DNA from: Candidatus Kapaibacterium sp.
GTDB taxonomy: Bacteria; Bacteroidota; Ignavibacteria; Kapaibacteriales; UBA4661
DNA length: 64,000 bases
Direction: 5' to 3'
Assembly: GCA_025455065.1 (NCBI GenBank)
Contig: JALONG010000017.1
Location: 4,294 to 68,293 of the forward strand
This document shows, piece after piece, positions 1 through 10,160 of this stretch. The notes beneath the pieces are model-generated. The model saw only the letters and a program-made list of their open reading frames with translations. It was not told the origin of the DNA and did not search any database. The position numbers were made by a program, and so were the translations under genes. Position 1 is the first letter of the stretch, and each line of letters starts with the position of its first letter.

Positions 1-653
1 ACTCCATGCAGAATAAAACATCGTTATTTTCCTCTCTTGGGTATATTTTCGTCAGCATTAACTACCGATTAAGCCCTGAGAAACCAAGCACCGACACCAA
101 TCGTGTTATGTACCCTACGCACCACAACGACGTTGCAGACGCTGTGCAATGGGTGTATGCCAATATTGCTCAGTACGGCGGAAATCCTTCAAAAATAGCT
201 CTTCTTGGTCATAGTGCCGGAGCGCAGTTAGTGTCTTTAACAGGCACAAGCCAACTTTTTCTACCCGCCAGAAATATCCCCCTATCAACAATTAAAGGCG
301 TTGCAAGTATAGATACTGAAGGGTACGATGTTACAAGACAAGGGCGTGAGGGGAACGAAGTATATTTGAATGCGTTCGGTTCTAATCCACGAATTTGGGC
401 TGAAGCCTCTCCTATCAACAACGTTCAAGCAGGCGTAAGTTATCCGAGGTTTTTCATAGCAAAACGTGGTACGATGAATCGTATCGGATTGGCAGATGCG
501 TTTATTGCCGCACTGGAACGGGCGCGAGTTTCTGTGAGTCAAATAACCGCCAATCAATACGACCACGAAGGTATTAACGACGCAATCGGTGCGCCCGGCG
601 AAACAGTAGTAACCGAGCCGCTCAAGGCTTTTTTTGCGCAGTGTTTTCAATAA
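1..653 (+). CDS. alpha/beta-hydrolase fold esterase/lipase, 5' end cut by window edge
   Basis: The ORF is open to the window start. It has the nucleophile elbow GHSAGA (LLGHSAGAQL) and an INYRLSPE block typical of HSL/arylformamidase-type hydrolases. The upstream HGG oxyanion block is absent, so the true start is off-window. Confidence 0.7.
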   Translation, partial: SMQNKTSLFSSLGYIFVSINYRLSPEKPSTDTNRVMYPTHHNDVADAVQWVYANIAQYGGNPSKIALLGHSAGAQLVSLTGTSQLFLPARNIPLSTIKGVASIDTEGYDVTRQGREGNEVYLNAFGSNPRIWAEASPINNVQAGVSYPRFFIAKRGTMNRIGLADAFIAALERARVSVSQITANQYDHEGINDAIGAPGETVVTEPLKAFFAQCFQ

Positions 654-662
654 TTTCAGAAT

Positions 663-1016
663 ATGCCCGACCACATTTTTTTCTACCTCGCTCTCGGCTT
701 TCTTTTTACGCACGAATTAGACGCAATTCGCTGCAAAGAATGGCTCATGTTCCCGCTTACATCGTGGCTCAAGGACGACATCGGCTATGCGGTCTTCACG
801 CTTGCTCATATTCCTCTGTTTGCATGGGTCCTGTGGTCGCTTGCGCAATCACCTCTCAGCCCAATAATGGTGAGGTCTTGGGATATTTTTTGTATTGTTC
901 ACGTCGGCTTGCATATCTTGTTTTTGAAGCATCCCGAAAACCGCTTTACAACTGGGTTTTCGTGGTGTATTATCGTAGGAGCGGGCGTGTGCGGTGCGGT
1001 GGATTTGATTTTATGA
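663..1016 (+). CDS. small hydrophobic membrane protein, function unknown
   Basis: 117-aa ORF with 3-4 hydrophobic segments. It starts 10 nt after the upstream stop. Its stop abuts the stop of the convergent gene at 1017. Confidence 0.4.
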   Translation: MPDHIFFYLALGFLFTHELDAIRCKEWLMFPLTSWLKDDIGYAVFTLAHIPLFAWVLWSLAQSPLSPIMVRSWDIFCIVHVGLHILFLKHPENRFTTGFSWCIIVGAGVCGAVDLIL

Positions 1017-2285
1017 CTACATGGTTTCACGTTTCCTATGTAAATCTACCATCGAAATCAGCACCAATGCTACATACACCGCCGAAATGCCGTAGGATAG
1101 CACAATAAAAAAATCCAGATAGTTGATGTTCTTGTGGAAGAAGTTTTTGTAAAACAGCACAGCAATACTTCCCAAATACGCATAATAATCGGCAAAGGTG
1201 ATAAGAAAACCTACCGTTCCCGATTTTTGAAATGTCGCTATCATACGCTCGAAATACAGGCTATTGCACATCGAATACGCCAAATACACCCCAAAACCAA
1301 CGCTGGTGAGCCACAGAAGAGGCGAAAAAACTCCCTGCTGAAAAAGCAGTGTACCCACTCCAATCAAAATCCCGCCAAGCAGCATCAAACCTTGTACCAG
1401 CACAAAGGCGCGGTAATTATTCTGCACCCAGCGCATTGCCGCCATGATGAGCAGAACGGCAATAGCAATCGGTGTTTCGGTTTGTGTGAAGAGTGCCGAA
1501 TTATTGCCCGAACCCAGCAATTTCCATATCTCCGGCGTAAAATTATCTCGAAATTCCCTATACGTCGTGAGCAAAATATACGACACCACAAAAATGGTCA
1601 TGCTAAAAGCAAACTCCCGCAAAAACGCTGTTCTATCGGCTTTTTGCATGGGTTTTCGCTCTGTTCTGTGCGCTTTGTCATCACCAGTCGGGGGCGGAAT
1701 CTGCCCCATGAGCCATGCACAAACACCAAAAGGAACAAGCATCATTGCCCCAGCCACAAAGGGCATCCAAAACTGCGTGATTCCTAAGTTTGTCATAACA
1801 AACATCCCGATACTTTTTGCAAATCCCGACCCTAAAATAAACGAAGCTGTCAGCACAGCCACAAGTAAATCCGTCGCTTTGCGCCCTTCTAAAAACCCCA
1901 GCACCGTTCCATAAACCATACCAAGTGGAAGGCTGGCAAGAAAGATAAACACAAGGTTATACGGCGCGGGAGTAAGGGCAAAAAAGAAGTATGCAAGCCA
2001 AGAAAGCGCGACCATTATTATCAAATTCCGAGACCGATGCTGCGGCAACATTTCAGAAACGATTGTTATTCCTAAACCTTTAGAAGCCGCAAACCCCAGC
2101 ACCTGTGCGGTAATCATCAAAATTTTGAACTGTACTCCCCACACTACCAAATCTTGATACGTTGCTGCGGTGTATGCTCTGCGAAAAGGATAGAAGCACA
2201 TATAGGTAAAAAACGCCGTTAGTGAAGCGAACAACGTTAATGCAAATGGGCGGTGAGTAAGGTAGCGTGAGAGCTTGGAAGGCAT
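1017..2285 (-). CDS. polytopic membrane protein, MFS-like (possibly DUF5690-type)
   Basis: Long ORF with about 12 predicted TM segments. The ATG at 2285 (MPSKLSRYL) is preferred over the ORF maximum at 2324. The family assignment is from memory only. Confidence 0.5.
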   Translation of the reverse strand: MPSKLSRYLTHRPFALTLFASLTAFFTYMCFYPFRRAYTAATYQDLVVWGVQFKILMITAQVLGFAASKGLGITIVSEMLPQHRSRNLIIMVALSWLAYFFFALTPAPYNLVFIFLASLPLGMVYGTVLGFLEGRKATDLLVAVLTASFILGSGFAKSIGMFVMTNLGITQFWMPFVAGAMMLVPFGVCAWLMGQIPPPTGDDKAHRTERKPMQKADRTAFLREFAFSMTIFVVSYILLTTYREFRDNFTPEIWKLLGSGNNSALFTQTETPIAIAVLLIMAAMRWVQNNYRAFVLVQGLMLLGGILIGVGTLLFQQGVFSPLLWLTSVGFGVYLAYSMCNSLYFERMIATFQKSGTVGFLITFADYYAYLGSIAVLFYKNFFHKNINYLDFFIVLSYGISAVYVALVLISMVDLHRKRETM

Positions 2286-2428
2286 AAATGATGACGAAAA
2301 ATCAAAGGGTATTTTCAAAAACACGAAACCCGCTCAATACCGATGTTCATCCATAACAAGACGCTCTTCAACGGTATTGAGCGGGAAAGAATATTGTTCA
2401 ACAGTGTTGATTTTTTTTTGCGTTAAAC

Positions 2429-3237
2429 TCAATCCGGTTCAAGCCCCAAAGCACGGAGTTTTGCTGCAAGAACTTCAGCACGTGCTTCTGCCTCGTCTGC
2501 ACGGCTGCGCTCCCGTTCAGTGCGTTTCCGTTCTTGTTCTGTACGTTTCCGTTCTTGTTTGAGCAAAGTGCTGAGTTCTTCGCTGACCAAAAGCAATGTA
2601 CCATCAATCGTAAACCAGCGCAGCCAATCCCCTTCAATGCCTTGATACGTGCCGCGCTCCACATCCCCAAACGCAAGCCAATATCTGGAAAAACGGCCTC
2701 ATCAATTTGCTCGTATTGCCGACCACGCCTCAGAAATACTCGCAGGGCAGGCTGCCCATACATTTCTAAGGGGTCGTAAACAACGTAGTATTCAATGCCA
2801 ATATCAGCATACTGCGTGAGTTTACTACCGAGTTCATTACCTTTCAAATTCGAGACTATTTCCAGCACGACTTCGGGCGGCTTGCCGTATTTCCACATCA
2901 TGTAGGAGCGGTAGAGCTTATTTCCGTAATCTCGAAGGTCAGGATGAGGCTCTACACCTAGGCTCAAAAGCATATCCGGCACTATCGCCGGAGATTGTAT
3001 GGAGTAAAACAGCCCCACATTTGCCAGCGCGACAAAAGGCTCAGAGGCTTGCCAACTAGCATACAGCGCGTCCACCAACAGGCGTTGCTGACGCTCAGAA
3101 ATAATGCTGTCCACAGGCTCATCATCCTCCGTTTCCAACTGATTCGTTAAGGCTTCTAATTCATCCCAGAGGTCTTGATATTCATCTACTGCATGGTCGT
3201 CCACCGTCTGAGCAATGATTTCCGGTCTGAGAGACAT
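2429..3237 (-). pseudogene. Uma2-family (DUF820) endonuclease, split by a 1-nt frameshift near 2655-2662
   Basis: The N-terminal and core part (ORF 2398..3237) reads ...EYYVVYDP...VFPDIGLRLGMW and then degenerates. The expected family C-terminus (ERGTYQGIEGDWLRWFTIDG...LRALGLEPD) continues in another frame (ORF 2429..2662). The junction reads atgtggagcgc where atg-tgg-gag-cgc would restore the frame. The C-terminal tail has a 21-bp tandem repeat (QERKRTE x2). Confidence 0.6.
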
Positions 3238-3327
3238 AGCGGTTCAAGAAGGGTTGAAAATTCGTCCATTATGCGGATTTCTTCCGTGCCATAAATATAG
3301 CCAAGTGCAGGATGACGTGCAAAGAAA

Positions 3328-4086
3328 TCACGTAAGCACATACACTTTTTGCCCAAGAGCAAGAGTGCCTGTGCGAAGGACATTGCAATAAACACCCGCA
3401 TTATTATTGTTCAGGTTCACGACCGTTTTCATCATTGCAGGGTGTGATTCCGCCGTGTCGGGGTCTAAGTTCACCATCATACAACGTTCGTCCAGCAAGG
3501 CGACGTGAAGCCTTGCGCTATCTTCAACGTTGCTCTCCGCATCACCAAACACCAGTGATTTCCCGACATATTCATCCTCTGCAAAAGGGCGATTGCTTGT
3601 TGTTTCGATAACGATATTCGGTCGAAACCGCCGTGCGTCCAGTGCAGAGCCGATAGCATTCATCGTAATTGCGTTCATTGTAGCAGTGCTGATAAGCGAA
3701 ATCGGCGATTCATCAAAAATGCCATGCTTCAAATGCGTTAATTCAACATCAATTTTGCACCGCCGCGAAACGTCTTCACGAAGCGCATCACTGTAGGGTT
3801 CCAATTCATACCCATCAGGTGTGCGGATATGCGTTGGAAGGTTCATCATTGCTGGTGCGGGCGATATATTCTCGGTTTTTCGTAAAGGATGAAAAAGTAA
3901 GAGTTCAGGAAGTTTGCTTGCGGTGAGCCACGGGAAACCGCTCGTGTCGCCCACTTTGCGGAACGCCAATCGCCTATCGCCGCGTATTCCTTGCCATCCT
4001 AGTTCTGCTGTTTCGAGTGCTTCCCCTGCCATTGATTTGACAGGATACCGATTCAGAGCAGTAATTACGCCAATTTCGTGCTTCAT
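3328..4086 (-). CDS. MOSC domain-containing protein
   Basis: N-terminal ITALNRYPVKSMAGE...GIRGDRRLAF beta-barrel block followed by a MOSC-type C-terminal half. Confidence 0.7.
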   Translation of the reverse strand: MKHEIGVITALNRYPVKSMAGEALETAELGWQGIRGDRRLAFRKVGDTSGFPWLTASKLPELLLFHPLRKTENISPAPAMMNLPTHIRTPDGYELEPYSDALREDVSRRCKIDVELTHLKHGIFDESPISLISTATMNAITMNAIGSALDARRFRPNIVIETTSNRPFAEDEYVGKSLVFGDAESNVEDSARLHVALLDERCMMVNLDPDTAESHPAMMKTVVNLNNNNAGVYCNVLRTGTLALGQKVYVLT

Positions 4087-4275
4087 GGGTTTGCCCTAAT
4101 AATAGTTGAAAACTTTTACCGTATATTGCGAATAATTCTCTTCAAATATACAATACTGTGCTATATTTTTCTGCATAACACAGAATTTTAGTATTTTTCT
4201 CTACAAATAATGCTTTTTACCTAAGAAAAATTCTTTTTACAACTATTCTTTTCCTCTCTACAAGAAAAAAATTCT

Positions 4276-4749
4276 ATGGCAAAACTCACTGTCTCTCTCG
4301 ACGAAGTAGATATGCGGCTTTTGGAGCTGCTCCAAGAAGATGCCTCGCGTACAACCAAGGATTTGGCGGCACTGCTTCACTTAACACAAACGCCTGTTCA
4401 TGAGCGCATCAAACGACTTGAACGTGAGGGATTTATTATGCGGTATGTGGCACTTCTGAATACCCAGAAACTTGATAAAACCTTGACGGCGATGTGCTTT
4501 ATTTCTCTCAAAGAACACTCGCAAAAAGCAATCAAACAATTCGACCGAGATATAGCGCGGCTTTCGGAGGTATTGGAATGTTACAACATCGCAGGACAGT
4601 TTGATTATATGCTCAAAATTGTTGTTTCCGATATGACAGAATATCAGGCATTTATGCTGAAATTGGCGAAGTTGGAGTGTATTGCGAATGTGCAGACTTC
4701 GTTTGTTTTGCGTGAAATCAAGCATACGACAGCGTTGGCGTTGGAGTGA
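4276..4749 (+). CDS. Lrp/AsnC family transcriptional regulator
   Basis: LDEVDMRLLELLQEDASRTTKDLAALLHLTQTPVHERIKRLEREGFI is an HTH_AsnC block, followed by a RAM/AsnC_trans_reg domain. The gene is divergent from the MOSC gene across an AT-rich 190-bp spacer. Confidence 0.85.
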   Translation: MAKLTVSLDEVDMRLLELLQEDASRTTKDLAALLHLTQTPVHERIKRLEREGFIMRYVALLNTQKLDKTLTAMCFISLKEHSQKAIKQFDRDIARLSEVLECYNIAGQFDYMLKIVVSDMTEYQAFMLKLAKLECIANVQTSFVLREIKHTTALALE

Positions 4750-4825
4750 GGAAATGACAAGAACTAATGCAGCTTTCAAAAATGTTTGAATTTCTGCGAT
4801 GGGTGTTTTATCTTGATGGTATCAA

Positions 4826-5452
4826 ATGGTTCATGTTCAACTCAGGAAAAATATGCAACAAGATAGTTTAACCATAGAAGGAGCATTAAAACTAGACACA
4901 AGACTCCACAATGAAGCGGATGCCCTATTAGACCAAATCGGACTCGGAACAATTCTCCATTCTGAGGGTTATTTGCCGGTTGGTTCCTACACAATGCGAA
5001 CAATGGCTTGGCGTGATTTAGATTTTGAGCGCACAGAAGAAAATCCTGATTGGCAACTACATTGGAATTTGGGCAATCGCTTCGCTAGACTGAACTCAAT
5101 TTGGGAATTGAAATGCACCAATGTCTATCACCAAACACACAGCAGAGATTATGGATTATATTGGGGTTTACAAATCTTCAATCCCCAAAATGGAGCAAAA
5201 TGGAATATTGACATTTGGACAGCACGGAAAGCAGAGTTTCAACAAGGATGCCCAGACCGTGAGCGTTGGGCAATGTTACTGACCGATGAAAAACGTGGTA
5301 ATATCGTGTCAATCAAGGAATCAGTCTGCAATTTACCAGAATATCGAAGCACAATACAATCGGTTCACATTTATCAGGCGGTTCTTGATGAGAATATACG
5401 CGGGCTGAATGAGTTTATAGAATGGCATCGAAACCGTTTTCAACAGAAATAA
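4826..5452 (+). CDS. nucleotidyltransferase-fold (Pol beta-like) protein, function unknown
   Basis: VGSYTMRTMAWRDLDFE fits the hG[GS]-x9-13-DhD minimal NTase motif. The start is uncertain (4826 or the internal MQQD). Confidence 0.4.
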   Translation: MVHVQLRKNMQQDSLTIEGALKLDTRLHNEADALLDQIGLGTILHSEGYLPVGSYTMRTMAWRDLDFERTEENPDWQLHWNLGNRFARLNSIWELKCTNVYHQTHSRDYGLYWGLQIFNPQNGAKWNIDIWTARKAEFQQGCPDRERWAMLLTDEKRGNIVSIKESVCNLPEYRSTIQSVHIYQAVLDENIRGLNEFIEWHRNRFQQK

Positions 5453-5744
5453 ATCAGATATAAGCGTTATTTGGCTTGATATCCACCCAACAACAAATTA
5501 TTTCTGAAAGCCTTCAATGAATTGTTTTTTCTTAACATTTCCTTGAATTTTTTGTAATTACTGCAATCCTCTCCCACAGCGAAAAGCGATAGGAATCGTA
5601 ATAAAAACTACATCCCCTTTATCCACGATTGGTTTCCTTTTCATCCTCCAACGAATACAAATCCTCTTGCTTATGCGAAAATGTAATTGATTCACTCGCT
5701 GATGTTAGTGCTTGAATACAGCTTTGTAGCTGGTGTTCAAAGCA

Positions 5745-7226
5745 TTAGTACAGGACAATCCTCGCCCCAATCTCCTCCACAGCCCGCACCAGTTCATCAA
5801 AGTCCGCCATTGTGCTACGCTGATTCACAATCGCAGCGCGAAGCGTATATACGCCGTGTAAAACCGTACTCGAAACCACTGCCCTACCCGATTCTTGCAA
5901 ACGCAAGAGCAGTTCTTGATTGAGCGTATTGAGTTGCTCCAATGTCATTGTAGAAGCGGCTTTCGAGGGATGATAGCGAAAGCAGACAATGTTCATCGGG
6001 ACATCGGCACAGAGTTCCATATCCGCATGAGCCTTGATAAGGCTTGCAAGGTACTGTGCCTGCTCGACGTTTTGCTCAACGGCTCGTGCAAAAGTCTTCA
6101 CACCGTGCGCTTTCAAACTCATCCATGCTTTGAGTGCCTTAAAACCCCTTGTCAGTTCTAATCCGCGTTCAGCAAATGCCAAACCACCCGCAATCACGCC
6201 GCGCTCCATGGGCGCAATATAGCTGGGCTGCATAGTAAAGGCTTTTCGGTGAAGTTCGGCATCCCTCACCAGCACACACGCGCACTCGAAGGGCAGATAC
6301 AGCCACTTATGCAAATCAAACCCGATAGAATCCGCTCGCTCCATTCCGACAACAATTGGGCGTAATGTTTCGGAAATCGCCGCAATCGCCCCAAATGCGC
6401 CGTCCACGTGGAACCACAAATCTTCCTCCGCGCAAAGGTCCGCAAGTGCCGTCAAATCGTCGGTTGCGCCAGTGTTCACCGTTCCGGCACTACCGATGAC
6501 GCAGATAGGTTTGAAGCCACTCGTGCGGTCTTGGTGGATTGCTTCGCGGAGCGCATCAATGCGGATTTTGTAGGCTTCATCCACCGGAATACGGCGCAGA
6601 GCCTTGTTTCCCAAGCCTAGCAATTCCACCCCGCGCTGCGCCCACGAATGGGTTTCGGTGGAGCAGTACATCGTAAGCGGTGCAAAACCTTGTGGCGACT
6701 GCCCTTGTAAGCCCTCTTCCCGCACATTCCAGCCTGCTTTTGCAAACCGCGCCACCGCCAAGCCGATAATGCTTGCAACCGTCCCACCGCTTGCCATCAC
6801 GCCGCTCGTGCCTTTGGGCATCCCCAAAAGTTCCGCCAGCCAGACAATAAGTTGATGCTCCACGAGTGCGGGCGCTTGATTAAAACCCGCCAAATGAGCA
6901 TTCATGCCTGATGCAAGCATATCCGCCATCATACCGAGCGGCGTTCCTGTACCTTGAACCCAGCCCCAAAATCGCGGATGCAGATTGCCATTTGGGTATG
7001 GCAAAACATTCGTAAGAAAGTCGCTGTATGCGGCTTCAGCACCAATGCCGTCATGCGGGAGCGGCTCTACTATGGCGTTACGAACCTGCTCGGAAGGCTC
7101 TTGCCAAGCGGGTTGCTGCGGAAGCGTGGATAAATGCTCAAGCACATCATCCACCATTTTGTGCGCGAGTATGCTGAATTCACGCCATTCTTCGGGTGTT
7201 TTGGGTTCGAGAGAGTGATTGAGCAT
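5745..7226 (-). CDS. pyridoxal-dependent (group II) amino-acid decarboxylase, aromatic-L-amino-acid/tyrosine decarboxylase-like
   Basis: 493 aa with the PLP-lysine block SIGFDLHKWLYLPFECA, an HVDGAFG block and an N-terminal PRFWGW motif, all typical of the DDC/GAD/HDC family. Confidence 0.85.
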   Translation of the reverse strand: MLNHSLEPKTPEEWREFSILAHKMVDDVLEHLSTLPQQPAWQEPSEQVRNAIVEPLPHDGIGAEAAYSDFLTNVLPYPNGNLHPRFWGWVQGTGTPLGMMADMLASGMNAHLAGFNQAPALVEHQLIVWLAELLGMPKGTSGVMASGGTVASIIGLAVARFAKAGWNVREEGLQGQSPQGFAPLTMYCSTETHSWAQRGVELLGLGNKALRRIPVDEAYKIRIDALREAIHQDRTSGFKPICVIGSAGTVNTGATDDLTALADLCAEEDLWFHVDGAFGAIAAISETLRPIVVGMERADSIGFDLHKWLYLPFECACVLVRDAELHRKAFTMQPSYIAPMERGVIAGGLAFAERGLELTRGFKALKAWMSLKAHGVKTFARAVEQNVEQAQYLASLIKAHADMELCADVPMNIVCFRYHPSKAASTMTLEQLNTLNQELLLRLQESGRAVVSSTVLHGVYTLRAAIVNQRSTMADFDELVRAVEEIGARIVLY

Positions 7227-7308
7227 GGTGTAGTGAACTATGAGAAAATAATGTGTTTATTTGTGTTGAGTATTCAGGAAAAAATTTTCATTCGATGAAG
7301 AAGGTTAC

Positions 7309-8031
7309 TTAATCTAAAGCAATTTCGCCCAATATATCGCATAATTCTTGAGGTTTGCTAAAAAAGGGCGAATGGCTTGTAGGTATTGTAAAAACTCGTT
7401 TGCAGGGCGTTTCGGTGTACATTTTGCGCTGAATAAATGGCGTAACTGCTCTGTCTTCGCTGCATTCAATGTAATAACGCGTTACACTTCCGTAACGCTC
7501 TTCGCTGAGTTGTAACGGCGTAATACCCGAAACAAAAGGCTCATGGCTCAACAGCAATTTCGCCAAATCCGTGATGTATTCCTCGCAGTCGTGGTACAGT
7601 CCTTCTTTGTAGATTGCTGGTTTCAACGTCGTCGAATTTGTTGCTTGATGAAGCTCTACAAACGGCTTCAATACTCCTTCGGTGTCTTGAAGGGAATATT
7701 CGCGTTGTGTTTTTCCGTTAGGAATGAGGTACGCCGCCAAATACACGAGTTTGTCAATTTTGTTTGAGCGCAATTCTGCTGCTTGTGAAATAACGATGCC
7801 GTTTTTGCTATGCCCCACGAGAATCACTTTTCCCTCAATGCTGTCAATAAGAGAGCAGAGTTTCTGAACGGAAGTATCCAACGTAACGTCCTGAATAGGC
7901 GTTTTATCGCGTCCCATACTGGGCAGGTCGAGTGCAATAACCGAATGACCGCGCTGCTCCAAAATCGGCACGACTTTGTGCCAATTCCATGCGCTGTGCC
8001 AAGAGCCGTGAATGAGAATGAATGTTACCAT
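7309..8031 (-). CDS. alpha/beta hydrolase (methylesterase/SABP2-like)
   Basis: MVTFILIHGSWHSAWNWHKV start and VILVGHSKNG elbow; note the atypical GHSKN in place of GxSxG. The internal ATG at 8031 is chosen because the longer ORF would overlap the ada stop. Confidence 0.7.
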   Translation of the reverse strand: MVTFILIHGSWHSAWNWHKVVPILEQRGHSVIALDLPSMGRDKTPIQDVTLDTSVQKLCSLIDSIEGKVILVGHSKNGIVISQAAELRSNKIDKLVYLAAYLIPNGKTQREYSLQDTEGVLKPFVELHQATNSTTLKPAIYKEGLYHDCEEYITDLAKLLLSHEPFVSGITPLQLSEERYGSVTRYYIECSEDRAVTPFIQRKMYTETPCKRVFTIPTSHSPFFSKPQELCDILGEIALD

Positions 8032-8077
8032 TGTGTTTGGTAAAAAAGTGAAAAAATCATTGTGATTTCCTTCCTGG

Positions 8078-9244
8078 TTATTTACGCTTCTCCCGCTCCA
8101 AAATCCTCTGCTTCCGCTCCACGCCCCACCGATACCCGCTAATATCCCCTCCTGCACGAATAACCCGATGACACGGCGTTACGAGAGCGACAGGATTCGA
8201 GGCACACGCCGTCGCTACTGCTCTATGCGCCTTCGGTTGCCCGATTGCTTCGGCAATCTCAGCGTACGTGCGGGTTTCGCCGAAGGGAATCTTGCGGAGT
8301 GCCGACCAGACTTTCGCTTGAAAGGCAGTCGTAATCACATCCAAAGGAAGCTGTAAGATGGCTTGATTATTGTCTTCGGTCATACTTTCGATGTAGTTCA
8401 AAATTGCTCTTCTCCACGCCGAAAATTGCGGCGGAGGCGGGTAGGAAAATGTTGCTTCTTCCATGTCGGCTTTGTACTCGCGTCCTGCCGACGAGGGGTC
8501 AAACACAAACTCCACAGCGCAGATTCCACGCGCTGTTCCGGCTATCAGCACATATCCCAACGCAGATTCCGACACGTCCAAAAACATCTCCGCACCTTTG
8601 CCATTTTTTTTGTACGATGCAGGTGTCATGCCCATTATCGCCGTTGCTTTTTCGTGAAGGCGCGAACTTGAGCTGTAACCCGCCTCATACATAGCCTCTG
8701 AAACAGTACCAGCAGTTTTCACCACGTCTTTGAACCGCGCAAGCCGCACTGCATCAGCAAACTCTCGCGGAGAAATGCCGAGAGTGGCGGTGAATGTACG
8801 CTGGAGTGTGTCCGCACTCACGGTAAATTTTTCTGACAGAACCTCCAAACTCAAGGATTCATCTGGGTTTTCGGTGATTTGTTTGCTAATAAAACCGCAC
8901 ACATTTTGCACAAGTTCCACGCTTGGGTCAAGAAAGGGAATTTGGTCGGGATTACAACGTTTACACGCCCTGAAGCCCTGTTTTTGTGCGGCTTCCGGGC
9001 TTTCTACAAATACAACATTTTCCCTTTTTGGTTCACGAGAAGAACACGAAGGACGGCAGTAAATCCCTGTTGTTTTCACCGCAAACCAGAACATCCCGTC
9101 AAACCGACGGTCTTTTGTACGAACAGCTTCCCAGAGTGCGTCACTGTGAAGCGCATCACTACTCATGTTTATAGTTTCTTTTACCGTTGTTGTAACAGTT
9201 GTCGTCGTGACAGTTTCACGTTGTATAGTGATTGTTTTAGGCAT
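8078..9244 (-). CDS. ada: bifunctional Ada-type regulator/DNA methyltransferase (Ada Zn domain + AraC HTH + O6-methylguanine-DNA methyltransferase)
   Basis: Cys4 block YCRPSC...CKRC, an AraC-type HTH in the middle, and a C-terminal MGMT active site TPCHRVI. The ATG at 9244 is preferred over the TTG at 9259. Confidence 0.85.
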   Translation of the reverse strand: MPKTITIQRETVTTTTVTTTVKETINMSSDALHSDALWEAVRTKDRRFDGMFWFAVKTTGIYCRPSCSSREPKRENVVFVESPEAAQKQGFRACKRCNPDQIPFLDPSVELVQNVCGFISKQITENPDESLSLEVLSEKFTVSADTLQRTFTATLGISPREFADAVRLARFKDVVKTAGTVSEAMYEAGYSSSSRLHEKATAIMGMTPASYKKNGKGAEMFLDVSESALGYVLIAGTARGICAVEFVFDPSSAGREYKADMEEATFSYPPPPQFSAWRRAILNYIESMTEDNNQAILQLPLDVITTAFQAKVWSALRKIPFGETRTYAEIAEAIGQPKAHRAVATACASNPVALVTPCHRVIRAGGDISGYRWGVERKQRILEREKRK

Positions 9245-9402
9245 GGTTGTATTCTCCAAAAAAGTCCTGTGAGCCGCATCGTTACGTTACCGGATGCAAA
9301 GATAGAACATTTTCGAGAGAGAATCATTCCGATTCTTGGGGTGTAATTTTTTTTTGTATTTTGTGGTTTATCACAAATTTCAGCAATCATCCCTTCAAAG
9401 AA

Positions 9403-10038
9403 ATGATTCAGGCTACGTTCAAAGAGTGGACTCTTAACAAAATTGATAAAGCCTTCGGAACGAAGCAACTGCGCCATTTACCAGCACTTGATGAACTACT
9501 TCGCTTCCCTTACACGTTCAGTGATTATGAACGCAGATTCCTTGAGGAATTGCGTGAGCAATATTTTCTTGGCGGCGACGAATGGAACGAGGTGGAATTA
9601 GAAAATAAATTTATCAGCCCGCTCATTGTTTTTGCAAAAATTGACAATGAAAAATTTGCATACTTTCTGGAACGTCCACTTACCGCCATCGTCGGCGAAT
9701 ATGAGCTTTCGGGACGTGTGGATGGTATGATTGCTTCCGGCTACCGCGAACCAGAAATACCTTTTTTCTGCCTGAATGAGTACAAACGCCAATCCGACCC
9801 CGATGGCAATCCGCAAGGACAGGTATTAGCGGCAATGATAGCAGCACAAGCATTAAACGGCGATGGGGGCGCAAAGCCGCTTTTCGGGTGTTATGTTATT
9901 GGCAGCACATGGTATTTTGTGGTGCTGCAAGGGAGTCATTATGCCATGAGTACGCCGCTTGTCTGCACCAATGACGGTATTTTCGACATTTATCGAATTC
10001 TCAAAGGTCTGCGCAGCACGATTGACGGATTTCTTTAA
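9403..10038 (+). CDS. PD-(D/E)XK nuclease-fold protein (HsdR-N-terminal-domain-like), function unknown
   Basis: GRVDGMI ... FFCLNEYKRQ gives a D...E-x-K arrangement. The ATG at 9403 is preferred; the upstream part of ORF 9247.. overlaps ada. Confidence 0.4.
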   Translation: MIQATFKEWTLNKIDKAFGTKQLRHLPALDELLRFPYTFSDYERRFLEELREQYFLGGDEWNEVELENKFISPLIVFAKIDNEKFAYFLERPLTAIVGEYELSGRVDGMIASGYREPEIPFFCLNEYKRQSDPDGNPQGQVLAAMIAAQALNGDGGAKPLFGCYVIGSTWYFVVLQGSHYAMSTPLVCTNDGIFDIYRILKGLRSTIDGFL

Positions 10039-10121
10039 GCTACGCCTGATACCATCACGCATTCGGCGAAATAGGAGTCAGTTTTTTCAAACGAATACAT
10101 TTATTTGGAAAATTGTAACGA

Positions 10122-10160
10122 GAAAAGCCGCAAGAAATCTTGATTTCTTGCGGCTTTTGT
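10122..10160. terminator. bidirectional intrinsic terminator hairpin
   Basis: Perfect 13-bp stem GCCGCAAGAAATC / GATTTCTTGCGGC with a 2-nt loop. It is flanked by an A-run and a T-run and sits between convergent genes ending at 10038 and 10161. Confidence 0.8.

Noticed and set aside
3650-3690. TMNAITMNAI in the MOSC protein, from an imperfect 15-bp tandem duplication.
   Set aside because: It is in frame, very short, and lies in a probable loop. It is likely a neutral slippage event.
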